64,000 bases of DNA, from positions 222,629 to 286,628 of the forward strand of contig BCKQ01000017.1 in assembly GCA_001600695.1 (NCBI GenBank), read 5' to 3'. The position numbers and the translations under genes were made by a program. The notes under the pieces are model-generated. The model did no database searches. It was not told the origin of the DNA and worked only from the letters and a program-made list of their open reading frames with translations. The stretch is from Ascoidea asiatica JCM 7603. Lineage: Eukaryota; Fungi; Ascomycota. Of the stretch, positions 22,450 to 34,347 are shown one piece after another. Every line of letters begins with the position of its first letter. The stretch's first letter is position 1.

Positions 22450-23000
22450 ATGTCGTACTACTTTGCTATGATAGGGACTAGAGATAATCCCATATATGAA
22501 GCAGAATTTGGAACATTCAAACAAGGAGGAGATGGAACTTCAAAAGTGAGTATTGATAATAATAGTAGTAATAGTAATAGTAATCAATGGTTATTAGATG
22601 ATTGTTTTTATTATGATTAAGAGTGAAACTAACAATTTGAATTGTAAAAATTTGATAATTAATTTTTTAGTTCACAAATGAAATGAAAGAACTTAATCCA
22701 TTTATAATACATTCATCATTAGATATAGTTGAAGATTTACAATGGGCAACAAATTCATTATATTTAAGAATTATTGATAATTATTATGGATATTATGTTA
22801 GTGCATATGTTACAGCAACAAATATAAAATTTTTATTATTACATGAAAATAAAAATGAAGAAAATATTAAACAATTTTTTCTTGAAATTAATGATTTATA
22901 TGTTAAAACATTAATGAATCCATTTTATACAATTAATGATCCAATAAAGAGTTTATTATTTGATGAAAAAATAAAAATATTGGCAAAGAAGTTTCTATAG
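22450..23000 (+). CDS. TRS20: TRAPP subunit Trs20/sedlin; exons 22450-22545 and 22671-23000
   Basis: Exon 1 MSYYFAMIGTRDNPIYEAEFGTFKQGGDGTSK joins in frame to FTNEMKELNPFIIHSSLDIVEDLQW; intron GTGAGT...AACTAAC...TTTTAG (22546-22670). Confidence 0.95.
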
Positions 23001-23330
23001 AGGATAATAATAATAATAATAACAATAATACTAAAATGGTTAAATTTATAGCTTTCAATTCTCTATCATATAAGAAAAGCACTTGAAACTTTTAAAATAC
23101 TTTCCTTTCCTTTTTTTTATAGTCTGAGGCTGTGAACGAAAGGCAGAATATTCTCAATGATGAAGTGACGTTTAAAGTCTCTTGGAAATAAAACTTGAAT
23201 AGAAATCCATCAACTGCAGCAGAATCAACATCAACAACACTGTTTTCAAAACGCCCGCCAGAGACCAAAGAACTGGGTCGCAGTTTTTTGCACAAGAAGT
23301 GCTTTAAAAAGCATGTTAATACATATTCAT

Positions 23331-23340
23331 GTCACGTGAT
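23331..23340. promoter_or_regulatory. Cbf1-type E-box GTCACGTGAT in GC-rich promoter island
   Basis: Exact RTCACGTG match on both strands. Confidence 0.45.
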
Positions 23341-24198
23341 TAATTTCAAAACGAGACCATTTATGTGGTTCTTATCTGCAACAGGGTGTATGCACATGTA
23401 TGTTGCTGCTAAGCCAGTATAGTGGCAAGTGCAGTGCTCCGGTGGCGCTGTGCCGTGGCGTATGCGATTAGAGTGTTCTCGGCGTCATTTATTTCAGCTG
23501 GTCACGAGAGAACAAACACGAACACTGCAATCGATAATAATAATAATAATAAAACAACAACAATAATATTAATAACTTGATTTAATACAATAGCAATAGA
23601 ATAATAATAACATTAATAATAATAACATTAATAATAACAATCATCATAATCATTACACTTGATCTGGTTATCACCCAACTTTTGCAATTATGACTGGGTT
23701 CTATTAAATTCTTTCCTTTATTCACCAATCATTCAAATCATCTTCAATTTGACTAGAAATATTAAATATTTCAACAGTCTTCTACTTTGAAAATGACTTG
23801 TTTCTTAATATAAACAGAACTAATTCTTATCAAAATTCTTAATTGGAATTGAAAAATTACATATTGAATTCAATGAACAATTAAAATTAAGTATCAATTC
23901 AGTTTTCAATTAAAAATTCAACAAAAAATCCAAATAAAAAAAAGCTTTTGAATGAAGTTTGTTTTTGTACCTGAGTTTATATGATTGGGAAGTCTTTTGG
24001 AATAAAAAATTTACTTTTAAAATCTTTTAATAAAATGCCTCCTTTAAAATATTTTATATAATTATATCATACAGTATATACTATTGTACATATAATAATG
24101 TATAAAATGAATCAAAAGATCTAATACTCTATTTTACAAAACTAATGTACTTTAAATCATATATTCAATATTAATTATACTAATCAATTATTTCAATA

Positions 24199-25251
24199 AT
24201 GTCACTTTCTATGAGCTTCACTTCACATTTAAATACAAGTTCTGATTCTTTATTATCCTTTGAAGAAAATAAAAATATAAATTCAAATTATTTAAATGAT
24301 ATTATTAATCAAATTATTAATAATAAAGATTCAATAAATTTATATAATAATAATCCAATAGATTTATTAAATAAATTAATCAATTTAAAAAATCCTTCTG
24401 GAAATTTAATTTCAATTAATTATCAAAAGTTTAATTATTTATCTAAATTTTTTAATCAAAATTATTTAAATTTAAAAACTATTATTGAATCAAATTCAAA
24501 TATTGGTTTTAATTCTATTTTTTTCTTAAATTTAATTAATAATTTAAATTTATATGATAATACTAATTTTTTTTATTTTATTATTGAACCAAATTTAAAT
24601 TATTTTAATATTTTAAAAAATTTAATAAATTTAGTTTTTCCATTTAAAGATTCAAAACTTTTTTCAAAAAAAAATATAATTTTTTTAAATAATTCTTTAA
24701 TTGATTCAATTAATATTATTAAAAAAAATTATAATATTTCAAATTTAAATTTATTATATCAAAATAATGATTATTTAAATTTACAATTTAATAATCCTTT
24801 AAATTTTTTTCAATTAAATCAAAATTCTTCAAGTTTTTTATTAAATAATTTTAAAATTTTTGAATCTTCAAATTTAATTAATAAAAATTCAATAATCATT
24901 TCTGATAATATTTTAAATTATCAAATTAATGATTTTATAGATTATATGAATTTAATACCTTCTGATAAATTTCAATTATCTAATTTCTTAATTCAAAATG
25001 GTTCTTATGATAATAATAATAATAATAAAAATAATAACAATAAAAAAAAATGGATTTATTTAGGTAAATGGAATTTAACTTATGAAAATAATTTAATCAA
25101 ATTCTCTAATAAAGATGATGATGATATTAATAATAATAAATATAATTTCAATCAAAAAATTCATGATGTAAAAGTTTATGATTATAAATATGAAGATGAA
25201 ATTCAATTTGATGGGTTTTTAATAAGTACTTGTACAAATCTTCTTTCATAA
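24199..25251 (+). CDS. Catechol O-methyltransferase-like protein, degenerate
   Basis: Segment order KTIIESNSNIGFNSI...IIEPN...FKIFESSNLINKNSIIISDNIL...FIDYM...GKWNLTYE...DGFLISTC parallels fungal COMT (ELGGYVGYS...E.N...LLESLGLI..GSVIVADNV...YLEYV...G..NL.YE...DAVEIS.C). Confidence 0.6.
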   Translation: MSLSMSFTSHLNTSSDSLLSFEENKNINSNYLNDIINQIINNKDSINLYNNNPIDLLNKLINLKNPSGNLISINYQKFNYLSKFFNQNYLNLKTIIESNSNIGFNSIFFLNLINNLNLYDNTNFFYFIIEPNLNYFNILKNLINLVFPFKDSKLFSKKNIIFLNNSLIDSINIIKKNYNISNLNLLYQNNDYLNLQFNNPLNFFQLNQNSSSFLLNNFKIFESSNLINKNSIIISDNILNYQINDFIDYMNLIPSDKFQLSNFLIQNGSYDNNNNNKNNNNKKKWIYLGKWNLTYENNLIKFSNKDDDDINNNKYNFNQKIHDVKVYDYKYEDEIQFDGFLISTCTNLLS

Positions 25252-25901
25252 ATTTCATTCATCCTTGCATTATATTTACTCTTTTCTCTTTTCTCTTTTC
25301 TTTTTTCTTTATATATTATATAAAAGTTTCAAAATTTCATTCTCTGTGTATCTTTCATTATATCATTAATTTCATTTCATTTCTTTTCTTTTCCATTCTC
25401 AAATGATCTTCAAATCGTTTATCTTCATTCAAATTAGATAACCATTGAAAATTTAATATTTTTCAATAAAACATTTCAATTTATTCAAATAAATCACAAA
25501 TTATGAATTAAACTCTAAATTTATATTAATTTTAATGCTAATTTTATATATTAATAATATAAAATTGTAGATAAATGTTAAAAAGTTTATATATGTGAAT
25601 GAAGAGGTAAAAAATAAAAATAAAAAAAAAAAGTATTAAAAATGAAATAAAAATGAAGCTATAAACTCAAAAATGAAAAACTATTCAAAAATAAAAATTT
25701 AAATAAATTAAGAATAAAAATTGTTTTTAAAAATTCAATTTTGGTTAACTGAATTTTTTTTCACCTATTATCATGAAGAGATAATTAGAACAAATTAAAA
25801 TGAAAAAAAAAATTAAAAAATACTTCCAAAATCTCCAATTTAAATATTACCAATCCAAAAAAATGAGGATAAAAAGATAAATGTATATAAAAAAAAAATC
25901 A

Positions 25902-28163
25902 TTACATTATAACACAATCTTTTTCTTTTTCTGATTTAGGAACCTTTCCACCTAATTTTGTAATAGCTCTTGGATCACCATTTTTTGCAGCTTTTTCAAT
26001 CCAACTTTTACTTTCAGCTAAATTCATTGTACATCCAAGTCCCTTTTCATAAAAATGACCAACAGCAAATTGAGCTTTTGGTAATCCACCAGTTGCAGCT
26101 CTTAAAGCCCAAGCAAATGCTTCATCATTATTTTTTGGTAAAAATGGTTCTGCACCAATTAAATACCAAGCACACATACTTAACATTGATTCTAAATCTC
26201 CACCTAAAGCAGCTTGAGTATAATAATGAATTGATAAATTTGGATCTGAGGGTATACCAATATCAGTACCAAATTCATATAATTTACCTAATTTAGCAGC
26301 AGAAGGTATATGACCTAAAGCAGCAGCTTGAGAATATAATTCATAAGCATATCTTCTATCAGGAATAACAATATCTAAAAAACCAGATTCATAAATTTTA
26401 GCTAATTCATATGGAGCAGCTGCAGTTAATTCAGTTGCTTTATTTGCAGCTAAAGTTAACCATTTAATACCCATTTTTTTAGTATTGATATTATTACTTA
26501 AGCCCATTCTAGTATAAAAAGAATATATACCTAATTTTAACATTGCAGAAGGATGATTTTTAGCAGCGGCAGCATTTAAAAATTTAACAGCTTTTCTTGC
26601 ATCTCTTGAAGTACCTAAACCTTCTTCATAACAATAAGCAACTCTATAAGCAGATTCTGAATGACCATGTTTTGCAGCAGCTAAAAATAAAGTAAAAGCT
26701 TTATTATTATCAGGTTTACCAAGAGCTCCTGAAGAATAAGCATCAGCTAATAAATATTGAGCTTCAGTATAACCTTTATCGGATAAACGTTTTAAATAAT
26801 GTACAGCTTCTTTTAATAATCTTTCTCTATCCAGAATTAAAGAATGAGAATTATTTTGAACGGAAAGATTTAAGTTTGAGTTTGAATTTGAATTTGAAAT
26901 TGAATTTGAGTTTAAATTATTTATATTATTAACAGATAAATTTTTTGAATGAGAAAAATTATTATTAATTTTTGAATTATTATTTATATCATTAATTGGT
27001 AAAGATTGATTTGAAACATTATTAGTTGGAATACGACTTAAATCTACAAAAGAAGGAGATTGACTAACATTATTTGAATTTGAAATTTGATTTAAATTTT
27101 GATTTAAATTTTGATTAGTATTTGGATCAATCATTAAAGCTGTTTGTAAAAGATATTGAGCAAATTGAAATAAAACAGAAGGATCATTTGATTTTTTTGC
27201 ATTTTTTCTATATAATTCAATTGTTTTAATTCTTGGTAATAAAGAAGCATTATCACCAACTAATTGATTATAAACAGAATGAGAATATTCAGAAACTCCA
27301 CCAGCATTAAATAAAGTAAAAGGAGGAGAATCAGATCTATTATTTAAATCAACAGATTTTGAACGTCTTGAATAAATACTTGGAGTTTGTAAATTATTTT
27401 TATTATTATTATTATTATTAAAATTAGTATTTAAAGTTAAATTTGGATTACTATTTGAGATATTATTGTTTGGATTATTATTAATTGAAATATTATTAAT
27501 AGAATTATTATTGTTAGGATTATTTGGAGAAAATAATATTTGAGGTTGAGGTTCATTTTGTAGATCATAAAAGTCTTGATCATTATTTGAAGGTAAATTT
27601 GGTAAATTAATATTTTTTTGATTTAATGAAGGTAAAGAAGTAGATTGAAATTGAGATTGGGATATTGTATGAGATTGAGAAGAAGTTATTGATTGTGTTG
27701 GCAGATTAGATAAATTAATATTTAAAGGAGGAGGATTAGAAGGAGAATTTAAATTTGAATTTGAATTTGAATTTGAATTTGAAATTACATTATTTAAATT
27801 ATCTTTTTGAAAAGTGAAAGCATCAGGAGTTTCAGGAGGATTATTAAGATTAAAAGATTGATTTGAAGCAGATAAAGGTTGAATATTATCATTTATATTA
27901 TTTTGAATATTATTTTGAATATTATTTTGAATATTATCTTGAATGATTTGAATTTGAATTGGGGAAGTGGTTGTAGTATAAGTAGCAGCAGTAGAAGAAG
28001 TAGAAGTAGGAGCTGAAACTGGAGTTGAAAGTGGAGCTGGAACTGAAACTGAAAGTGGAGCTGGAACTGGAGCTGGAGCTGGATCTACAGGAGGAGGATA
28101 CATTTCTTGATTCAGTTGAATTTGATTTTGATTTGAAAGGTTCTGTCTATAAGGATGACCCAT
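25902..28163 (-). CDS. SKT5: Chitin synthase III activator, Sel1-repeat protein (Chs4)
   Basis: LLPRIKTIELYRKNAKKSNDPSVLFQFAQYLLQTAL, multiple Sel1 repeats, C-terminal CAAX box CVIM. Confidence 0.92.
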   Translation of the reverse strand: MGHPYRQNLSNQNQIQLNQEMYPPPVDPAPAPVPAPLSVSVPAPLSTPVSAPTSTSSTAATYTTTTSPIQIQIIQDNIQNNIQNNIQNNINDNIQPLSASNQSFNLNNPPETPDAFTFQKDNLNNVISNSNSNSNSNLNSPSNPPPLNINLSNLPTQSITSSQSHTISQSQFQSTSLPSLNQKNINLPNLPSNNDQDFYDLQNEPQPQILFSPNNPNNNNSINNISINNNPNNNISNSNPNLTLNTNFNNNNNNKNNLQTPSIYSRRSKSVDLNNRSDSPPFTLFNAGGVSEYSHSVYNQLVGDNASLLPRIKTIELYRKNAKKSNDPSVLFQFAQYLLQTALMIDPNTNQNLNQNLNQISNSNNVSQSPSFVDLSRIPTNNVSNQSLPINDINNNSKINNNFSHSKNLSVNNINNLNSNSISNSNSNSNLNLSVQNNSHSLILDRERLLKEAVHYLKRLSDKGYTEAQYLLADAYSSGALGKPDNNKAFTLFLAAAKHGHSESAYRVAYCYEEGLGTSRDARKAVKFLNAAAAKNHPSAMLKLGIYSFYTRMGLSNNINTKKMGIKWLTLAANKATELTAAAPYELAKIYESGFLDIVIPDRRYAYELYSQAAALGHIPSAAKLGKLYEFGTDIGIPSDPNLSIHYYTQAALGGDLESMLSMCAWYLIGAEPFLPKNNDEAFAWALRAATGGLPKAQFAVGHFYEKGLGCTMNLAESKSWIEKAAKNGDPRAITKLGGKVPKSEKEKDCVIM

Positions 28164-28243
28164 TTTGAATGAAATTGTAAGATGAATTTAATGGAATATT
28201 ATGATATACAGTATATATTACTATATTATATTATATTGGGTAT

Positions 28244-28245
<2 letters not shown>

Positions 28246-28281
<36 letters not shown>
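28246..28281. repeat. (AT)n microsatellite upstream of SKT5
   Basis: Seen directly. Confidence 0.9.
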
Positions 28282-28283
<2 letters not shown>

Positions 28284-28642
28284 AAATAAACTAAAATGTA
28301 ATAGAGTGAAAATGAAAATAATAAAGAAAAGTGTATGTAGGTTACAAAAATAATAGTAGTATAATAGGAATAATATATAAGAATAAGATGAAATAAGATG
28401 AAATAAATTTGAATAAAAAATTAGGTATATTTCATTTATGATTCTTAAATATTTATGGACTTAAATGAAATTTAAGTATGTTTGAAATTTGACAAATGGG
28501 TGAAATATTTATATTTATATGAATTTGAAAGAATTTGAAAGAATTTGACAAAGATTCTGAGTGTGAATAATAAGAATAAGAATAATAATAATTATGATTA
28601 ATAAATGCTATGATAATCTTTATAAGTAAGTATTATTGAATC

Positions 28643-28677
<35 letters not shown>
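28643..28677. repeat. (AGT)n microsatellite
   Basis: Seen directly. Confidence 0.9.
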
Positions 28678-29260
28678 CTAATATCAGCATTAATATATAT
28701 TTTTATGTTTATATTTACCTTATTATTATTAGTGGTGGTGTTTTCTGCCTGCATTGTCACTTTGCCTGGGCCCAACACGCTGCTACACCGGGCTAGAGCC
28801 ACTCCCTCACACCTTGCGGGCCACCCGCGCCCAGCCCGAGTTCAGAGTCCCTGCACCGCCACAGGCACTCTTCTGCGGGTTTTCTGGTACACGAGTCCCC
28901 TGGGGCACTAAATAAGGGCTAGCCACGGGGCGCACACCCACTTTACGGGCACTTTCTGGGCAACTTTTGATCAGATTCGGGGCGCATTTTGCACTTTACG
29001 ACCTCTTCCACGGTATTTCGTGCTCGCAGCGCAGTACCATTCTTTTGGTACTGCGCAGCCCTTCAATTTGGAGGCTTTTGCCTTTTTTCAAGATTGTTTT
29101 AAGAGTCCATTCTTTGGTAGAAATATAGAAATACTGTTGTTCTGATTGTTGTATTTATGGAAATTACGCTAATGGCTTTGAAGCATTCTAAAAGTAGCTT
29201 TAACTTTCAGTTGGTTCTAAAAAGTAATTAGCTCTGAACTTTAGTTTTGGTAATAAAATA

Positions 29261-30919
29261 TTATCTTCTTCTTGGTCCATCTTTGAGTCTTTCTTCTCTT
29301 AGTTCTCCGGTTCTATCTAACATTGGCCATTTACCCCATCCACTTAATTTTATAACTAAACATGTAGCATTATCATCTCCTCCAACAGCTTCAACAAATT
29401 TTACAACTTCTTCTGCACAATTTTGTGGTGTACCTCTTTTATTACCTCTATTGCCTGTACTCATAACTAGATCTGTAATTTCTTGATCACTACAATAATT
29501 TGTAACTCCATCTGAACATAAAATTAAAAAACTTTCATCTCCACCAATTCTTCCAATACTTTGATTTAAAATTTCATCTCCTTCAATTTTAATTTTTTCT
29601 TCAATTAATTTAGAATCTCCAATAATAAATGTTAAAATATCTGGTTCTGCGGAAATTCCTTTTCTTTTTGCAGAAAAATCTCCAAATGATCTTGTATTTG
29701 CATAATTTAAAAATCTTTCTTCTCCAAATGAATCTGTGAAAAAACTTGAGGAGAATGTACTTAATCTTGTTGCTTCAACTGGTGATGATGGATGATGATT
29801 TGATGTTAATGGTCTTGCTGTACCATATTTATCACATATTATTGCTTTCGTATCTCCAATATGTGAAATGATTAATTTATTTAATGTATTTTCTTCAAAA
29901 TATATTTTACTATCATTTTTATCTAAATTATAAATAAATACTGATGTTGATGTTGATCCACTAAATTTTAGATTCATTTCATTTAAATTATTATTATCAT
30001 TATTATTGCTATTATTTAATTCATTTTTAGATTCTTTAAATAATTTTAAATCTAATAATAAAAATACAAATGTTAATCTTAAATATAAATCATCTAATTG
30101 ATATAAATTTTTTTCAAATAATTTTTTATAATAATTATCAATTTTTTTATAAAATCTTTTCCAATATCCTCCACCAATTTCATTAATATATTCTTTTAAG
30201 ATATTTTCTTTAAAAAAATTTAAATTTAAATTTTTATAATCAAAATTTTCTATTTCTTTTGCTAAATTCTTTGATAAATAATTTGAAGTTTCAGAACCTC
30301 CATGTCCATCAAATATATTAAAATTAAATACTCTTAATTGATTAAAATTTAAATTTTCATTATTATTACCATTTTCATCTCTTAATAATTCTTTTAATAA
30401 ATTATTTTGATCATTTAAATGTTCTTTTAAATTTGGATTAAAATTATTTAATGGTAAATGTAAAACTGATGCACTTAATCTATCTTCATTAGAATTTCTA
30501 TTAACTCTTGAAGTTGAATGTCCAAAATGTGATGGTGATTTTAATAATGGAATTTTCAATCTTGCTTTAAAATTTAATTTATTTTCACTATTATATAAAA
30601 ATGAATTATTTGATTTTGTATTTAATATTGGAAAATAAACATATTCTGAAAAATTTCTTTTTATTAAAGATTTTAGTCTTTTATTTAAATTTATATTTAC
30701 ATTTGAATTTCCATTTCCATTTCCATTTCCATTTCCATTTCTAATTATTTTTCGACTTTCAATGAAATTTATATTTGAATTTGAGTTTGATGAAGAGTAT
30801 AGACGAAAAAAAGAATATATAAATAAATGAGAATTTATTGTTTTGAGGGATAATATAGTCAGTACATTTGAATTTATTGATGATTTTCTTATACTTGAAT
30901 TCACCAAGGATAAAGACAT
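29261..30919 (-). CDS. PTC6: Mitochondrial PP2C protein phosphatase
   Basis: IPLLKSPSHFGHSTSRVNR..NEDR, IFDGHGG, HIGDT, NTRSFGD, LCSDG, GDDNAT; N-terminal basic Ser-rich presequence. Confidence 0.88.
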   Translation of the reverse strand: MSLSLVNSSIRKSSINSNVLTILSLKTINSHLFIYSFFRLYSSSNSNSNINFIESRKIIRNGNGNGNGNGNSNVNINLNKRLKSLIKRNFSEYVYFPILNTKSNNSFLYNSENKLNFKARLKIPLLKSPSHFGHSTSRVNRNSNEDRLSASVLHLPLNNFNPNLKEHLNDQNNLLKELLRDENGNNNENLNFNQLRVFNFNIFDGHGGSETSNYLSKNLAKEIENFDYKNLNLNFFKENILKEYINEIGGGYWKRFYKKIDNYYKKLFEKNLYQLDDLYLRLTFVFLLLDLKLFKESKNELNNSNNNDNNNLNEMNLKFSGSTSTSVFIYNLDKNDSKIYFEENTLNKLIISHIGDTKAIICDKYGTARPLTSNHHPSSPVEATRLSTFSSSFFTDSFGEERFLNYANTRSFGDFSAKRKGISAEPDILTFIIGDSKLIEEKIKIEGDEILNQSIGRIGGDESFLILCSDGVTNYCSDQEITDLVMSTGNRGNKRGTPQNCAEEVVKFVEAVGGDDNATCLVIKLSGWGKWPMLDRTGELREERLKDGPRRR

Positions 30920-31140
30920 TTATATGATAAATATTATATATATTTTCTTGATTTTTATTATTTATTAATATTAATATTACTATTATTACTATTACTCTTA
31001 TTATTATGCTTGTTATTGATTTTCAGTTGTCTATATAAAGGAATGACATTAAATATATACAAAACTATATGATTCGATTAATAAAGACAGAGAATATTCA
31101 TTTGATATTATATTCTCAAGTATAAGATCTATTTTATTTG

Positions 31141-31179
31141 ATTGTATTGTATTGTATTGTATTGTATTGTATTGTATTG
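31141..31179. repeat. (ATTGT)n microsatellite
   Basis: Seen directly. Confidence 0.9.
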
Positions 31180-31616
31180 AAATTTAGTAATGTCAAATAA
31201 AATATAGAATACATTCTTCATAAACCACGATCAGATCTCGGTTTATTTTTCCAGATAGCAGAAATGGCTAATCGTGGATAATTATCGTAGATGGGGATGG
31301 GGATGATGGGGGTCCCGGTGGGACAAGCCCAGATTTATCCCGTTAGGAGTCCAGAGAAACAGGCAGCGGCGGTGCAGCAGTGGCGCAAGCAGGGCCTTTC
31401 CAAGCAAAAAGTCTCAGGAGGCCTGATTGGACAGACTTAGGAAAAGAGCCCCCAGGTATATGGTGTAATAGGTGCACGTGTATAGGTTTGGTTTAAAGAA
31501 TTATCAGGACATAAAAGTAGGACATTATATTAGGCCAGAGAAACTGGCATTTAAATCTATGCTATATTAACGTTATGTATTTAAAACTATTTTAAAGAGT
31601 TCAATTCTTGAGTAGT

Positions 31617-32459
31617 TTATTCTTCACTTTCAATATCTTTATTTGTTTCTTTCTCAAAACAAGGCATCATTCTTCTTTTAATTGTAATGTAAGAGTTTTC
31701 TCTTGTGGCTAATTCTGAAAATGCAATAAACCAAGCAAGTAAGGAAATAAACACTCCAACAATTCCACCAATTCTTGCAATTACTAATGAATGAGTAAAT
31801 TTTGCAATTGCATTGATTAAAAATCCAAATCCTGAAACCCAAAGTAATGTACAAAAATAAATCGTATCCTTTACTGTACAGATTGATATAATAAATGTGA
31901 AAATTGACCATGATAGATTAAAAATTCCAACTGCATTATCCCAATCTGTATTATTATAAGAGTCTATCATACCAAACGATTTAGTATGAACTGCACCCCA
32001 CGCCATCCAAAATCCACCAAATGATCCAAATGCTGTGCATCCAAAGGTATTTCCATTAATAAATTGAAATATACCTGCGACAAATTGAATAAATCCTCCA
32101 TAAAAAAATGCAACTCCACATGCAACATTAACACTTTCAACTCCTAAAACTCGAGCTTGACATAAGGAAAAAATAAATGTTGTTAATGCAAATCCACAAA
32201 GTCCTAAAGGTCCAGCATTTGCAAATTTTCTTTCCTTATTCTCAGAATAATCATTGAGATTTCTTTTCATACTCCAATTAGGATTTCTTAATAAACTTAA
32301 TGTCCTTAACAAATCCTCTTTGTCAACTTTTGTATTACCCACATATACATAACTATCAAATTTATTCTTCTCTTTTTCATAATCATTTTCTGTATTATAA
32401 TTTTCTTCTTCACAATTATAATTTATCATCTTAATATCTTTTTCTGAAGTTTGAGACAT
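31617..32459 (-). CDS. Gpr1/Fun34/YaaH (ATO/Ady2) acetate/ammonia transporter family, paralogue A
   Basis: FANAGPLGLCGFALTTF, FYGGFIQFVAG, SFGGFW; about 6 TM helices. Confidence 0.93.
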   Translation of the reverse strand: MSQTSEKDIKMINYNCEEENYNTENDYEKEKNKFDSYVYVGNTKVDKEDLLRTLSLLRNPNWSMKRNLNDYSENKERKFANAGPLGLCGFALTTFIFSLCQARVLGVESVNVACGVAFFYGGFIQFVAGIFQFINGNTFGCTAFGSFGGFWMAWGAVHTKSFGMIDSYNNTDWDNAVGIFNLSWSIFTFIISICTVKDTIYFCTLLWVSGFGFLINAIAKFTHSLVIARIGGIVGVFISLLAWFIAFSELATRENSYITIKRRMMPCFEKETNKDIESEE

Positions 32460-33284
32460 TTTAAAAAGTAAACATATAGCTTTTTTTTTATTTCTTCATA
32501 TATTCCTTTGGATTTGTAATTGAATATTACACTAACAATCAATTCAGTCAAAATAAATGGGAAAAAACTATTCTAATTTATATGATTTTTTAATTATTTT
32601 GACAAAGTCATAAATAGTAATTAACTCAATTTTAGAAATCCAATAAGCTCATGTATGGTTATTAATTCAACCTTAAAATATCTGATTTCATGAAATAAGT
32701 TGCATACCTCTGGCATTCATGTTTTAATTATTCTTCAATTGAATTGAAAGAATTTCCCTACTTTCCCATAAAAAATGAGATTGAAACTTTGTTAAAAACT
32801 TTTAAGATAACCTTGAATTATCAAAAAAATAAGATCTTTTATCAGCATCTTTGTTAAATTTTATTTACTAATACCAAGAAATTTTTATTGACAAAAACAA
32901 TTGCAAGGCATTATATCATTATATCATTATATCACTGTATTAAACCAGAATCAAATTTTAATATGTTTATACTAAGACTAAATTGATTTAATTTTTGATC
33001 CTGCTTTCGCCTTAATGAAACTGTTTTCCTCTTAAAAAAAAATGGTACAAACTAGAAATTTAGAAGTAAATAATTCAATTATTCCTTTCAAAATCAAAAT
33101 TCTTAGTGAACCTAAAAAAGGAAAAATATTCTTTAAAAAAGGCCCTCCTTTGGCACCCCATATACAATATCAAATTTCTTCACTGAATTTATATGAAAAC
33201 TTTTAGGATATTTCATGTTGTTTGAATTTCAGTTGATACTAGAGTTATCTACTCACAAATAAAGCTGTTATTTAAATATATGGC

Positions 33285-33315
<31 letters not shown>

Positions 33316-34347
33316 TCACTTTTCATTTTAAAAAATTTTTGTCATTTCATTTTTAAATAATTTTCTTGAAAATTAATATTATTGAAAGAACCATTAGATT
33401 GAATATAATGTAAGTTTAACCTCTGTGGAGAAGTATGTATTAATAAGACCCTTTAAACACTTTAAATACACTAAAGTCAACAATTCAATTTTTGAAGGGC
33501 CCTTTTTACATTATTCTTTAATTTGTTCATTATCTTGAATTAACAATGGACAAAGCTAAACAAATAAATATCATAAACGTTTTCTTTTATTGACCTTGAA
33601 AATTCTTGGCTCAAAATTCATTATGATATGTGATATATTTATACTGTATGATAAGTGCTAAATTCAATTAAAAAAATACAAATAATGCTTGGAATTAAAA
33701 AGTGAAGAATGGGATGAAAAAAGAAGTCTGTATTTCTCTTAACAGCACTTTCAGCTTATTTTAACAGGAAAAAAACTGAGTCTCAAAATTGCCTAACGAT
33801 TAATCATTGTTAAAATGAAGACATCAGTCAGATTGAAAGACTTCTATTTTTTATACAGTATGAATTATTAACTTGAAGTGATTATGTCAGCATTCAGATA
33901 AACACCCAAAACTTTCTGCCTTTCCTGATAAACAGATTGTATGTGACTATTTCAATTGAATAATTGCAGTATTTTATCGTAAAATCAGAACTATTCGTTA
34001 CTATTGTTTCAAGAAGAAATATGATTAATGAATAAATACAACCTATCTGAATTTCGAGCATATTTCTTGCAAGTTTGTGAAATATTTTCAAAAAGTAGAA
34101 AAAAAATGAAATTTTAAGAAAAAAAAAAATTATCAAACAGGGAAGAATTGAAAATAATAATCAAAAATGCAAAATCTAAATGAACGCATCCAAATAAAGA
34201 TAAGCTGGATCCAAAAAAATTATATAAGGATTAAAAGATTTAGTCAAAATGGTAGGTTTAAATTATGCTTTAGGACAAACCGACAAAAAAAAATAGTAAC
34301 GTTACATCATGTAAAAGAGATTATTCTCTCTAATAATAAAATCAGAT

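Noticed and set aside
28705-28911. 68-aa ORF and similar ORFs in GC islands (16334, 44090, 52710, 53068, 60785)
   Set aside because: Open frames are expected where GC is higher; codon use is unlike real genes here and no motifs are present
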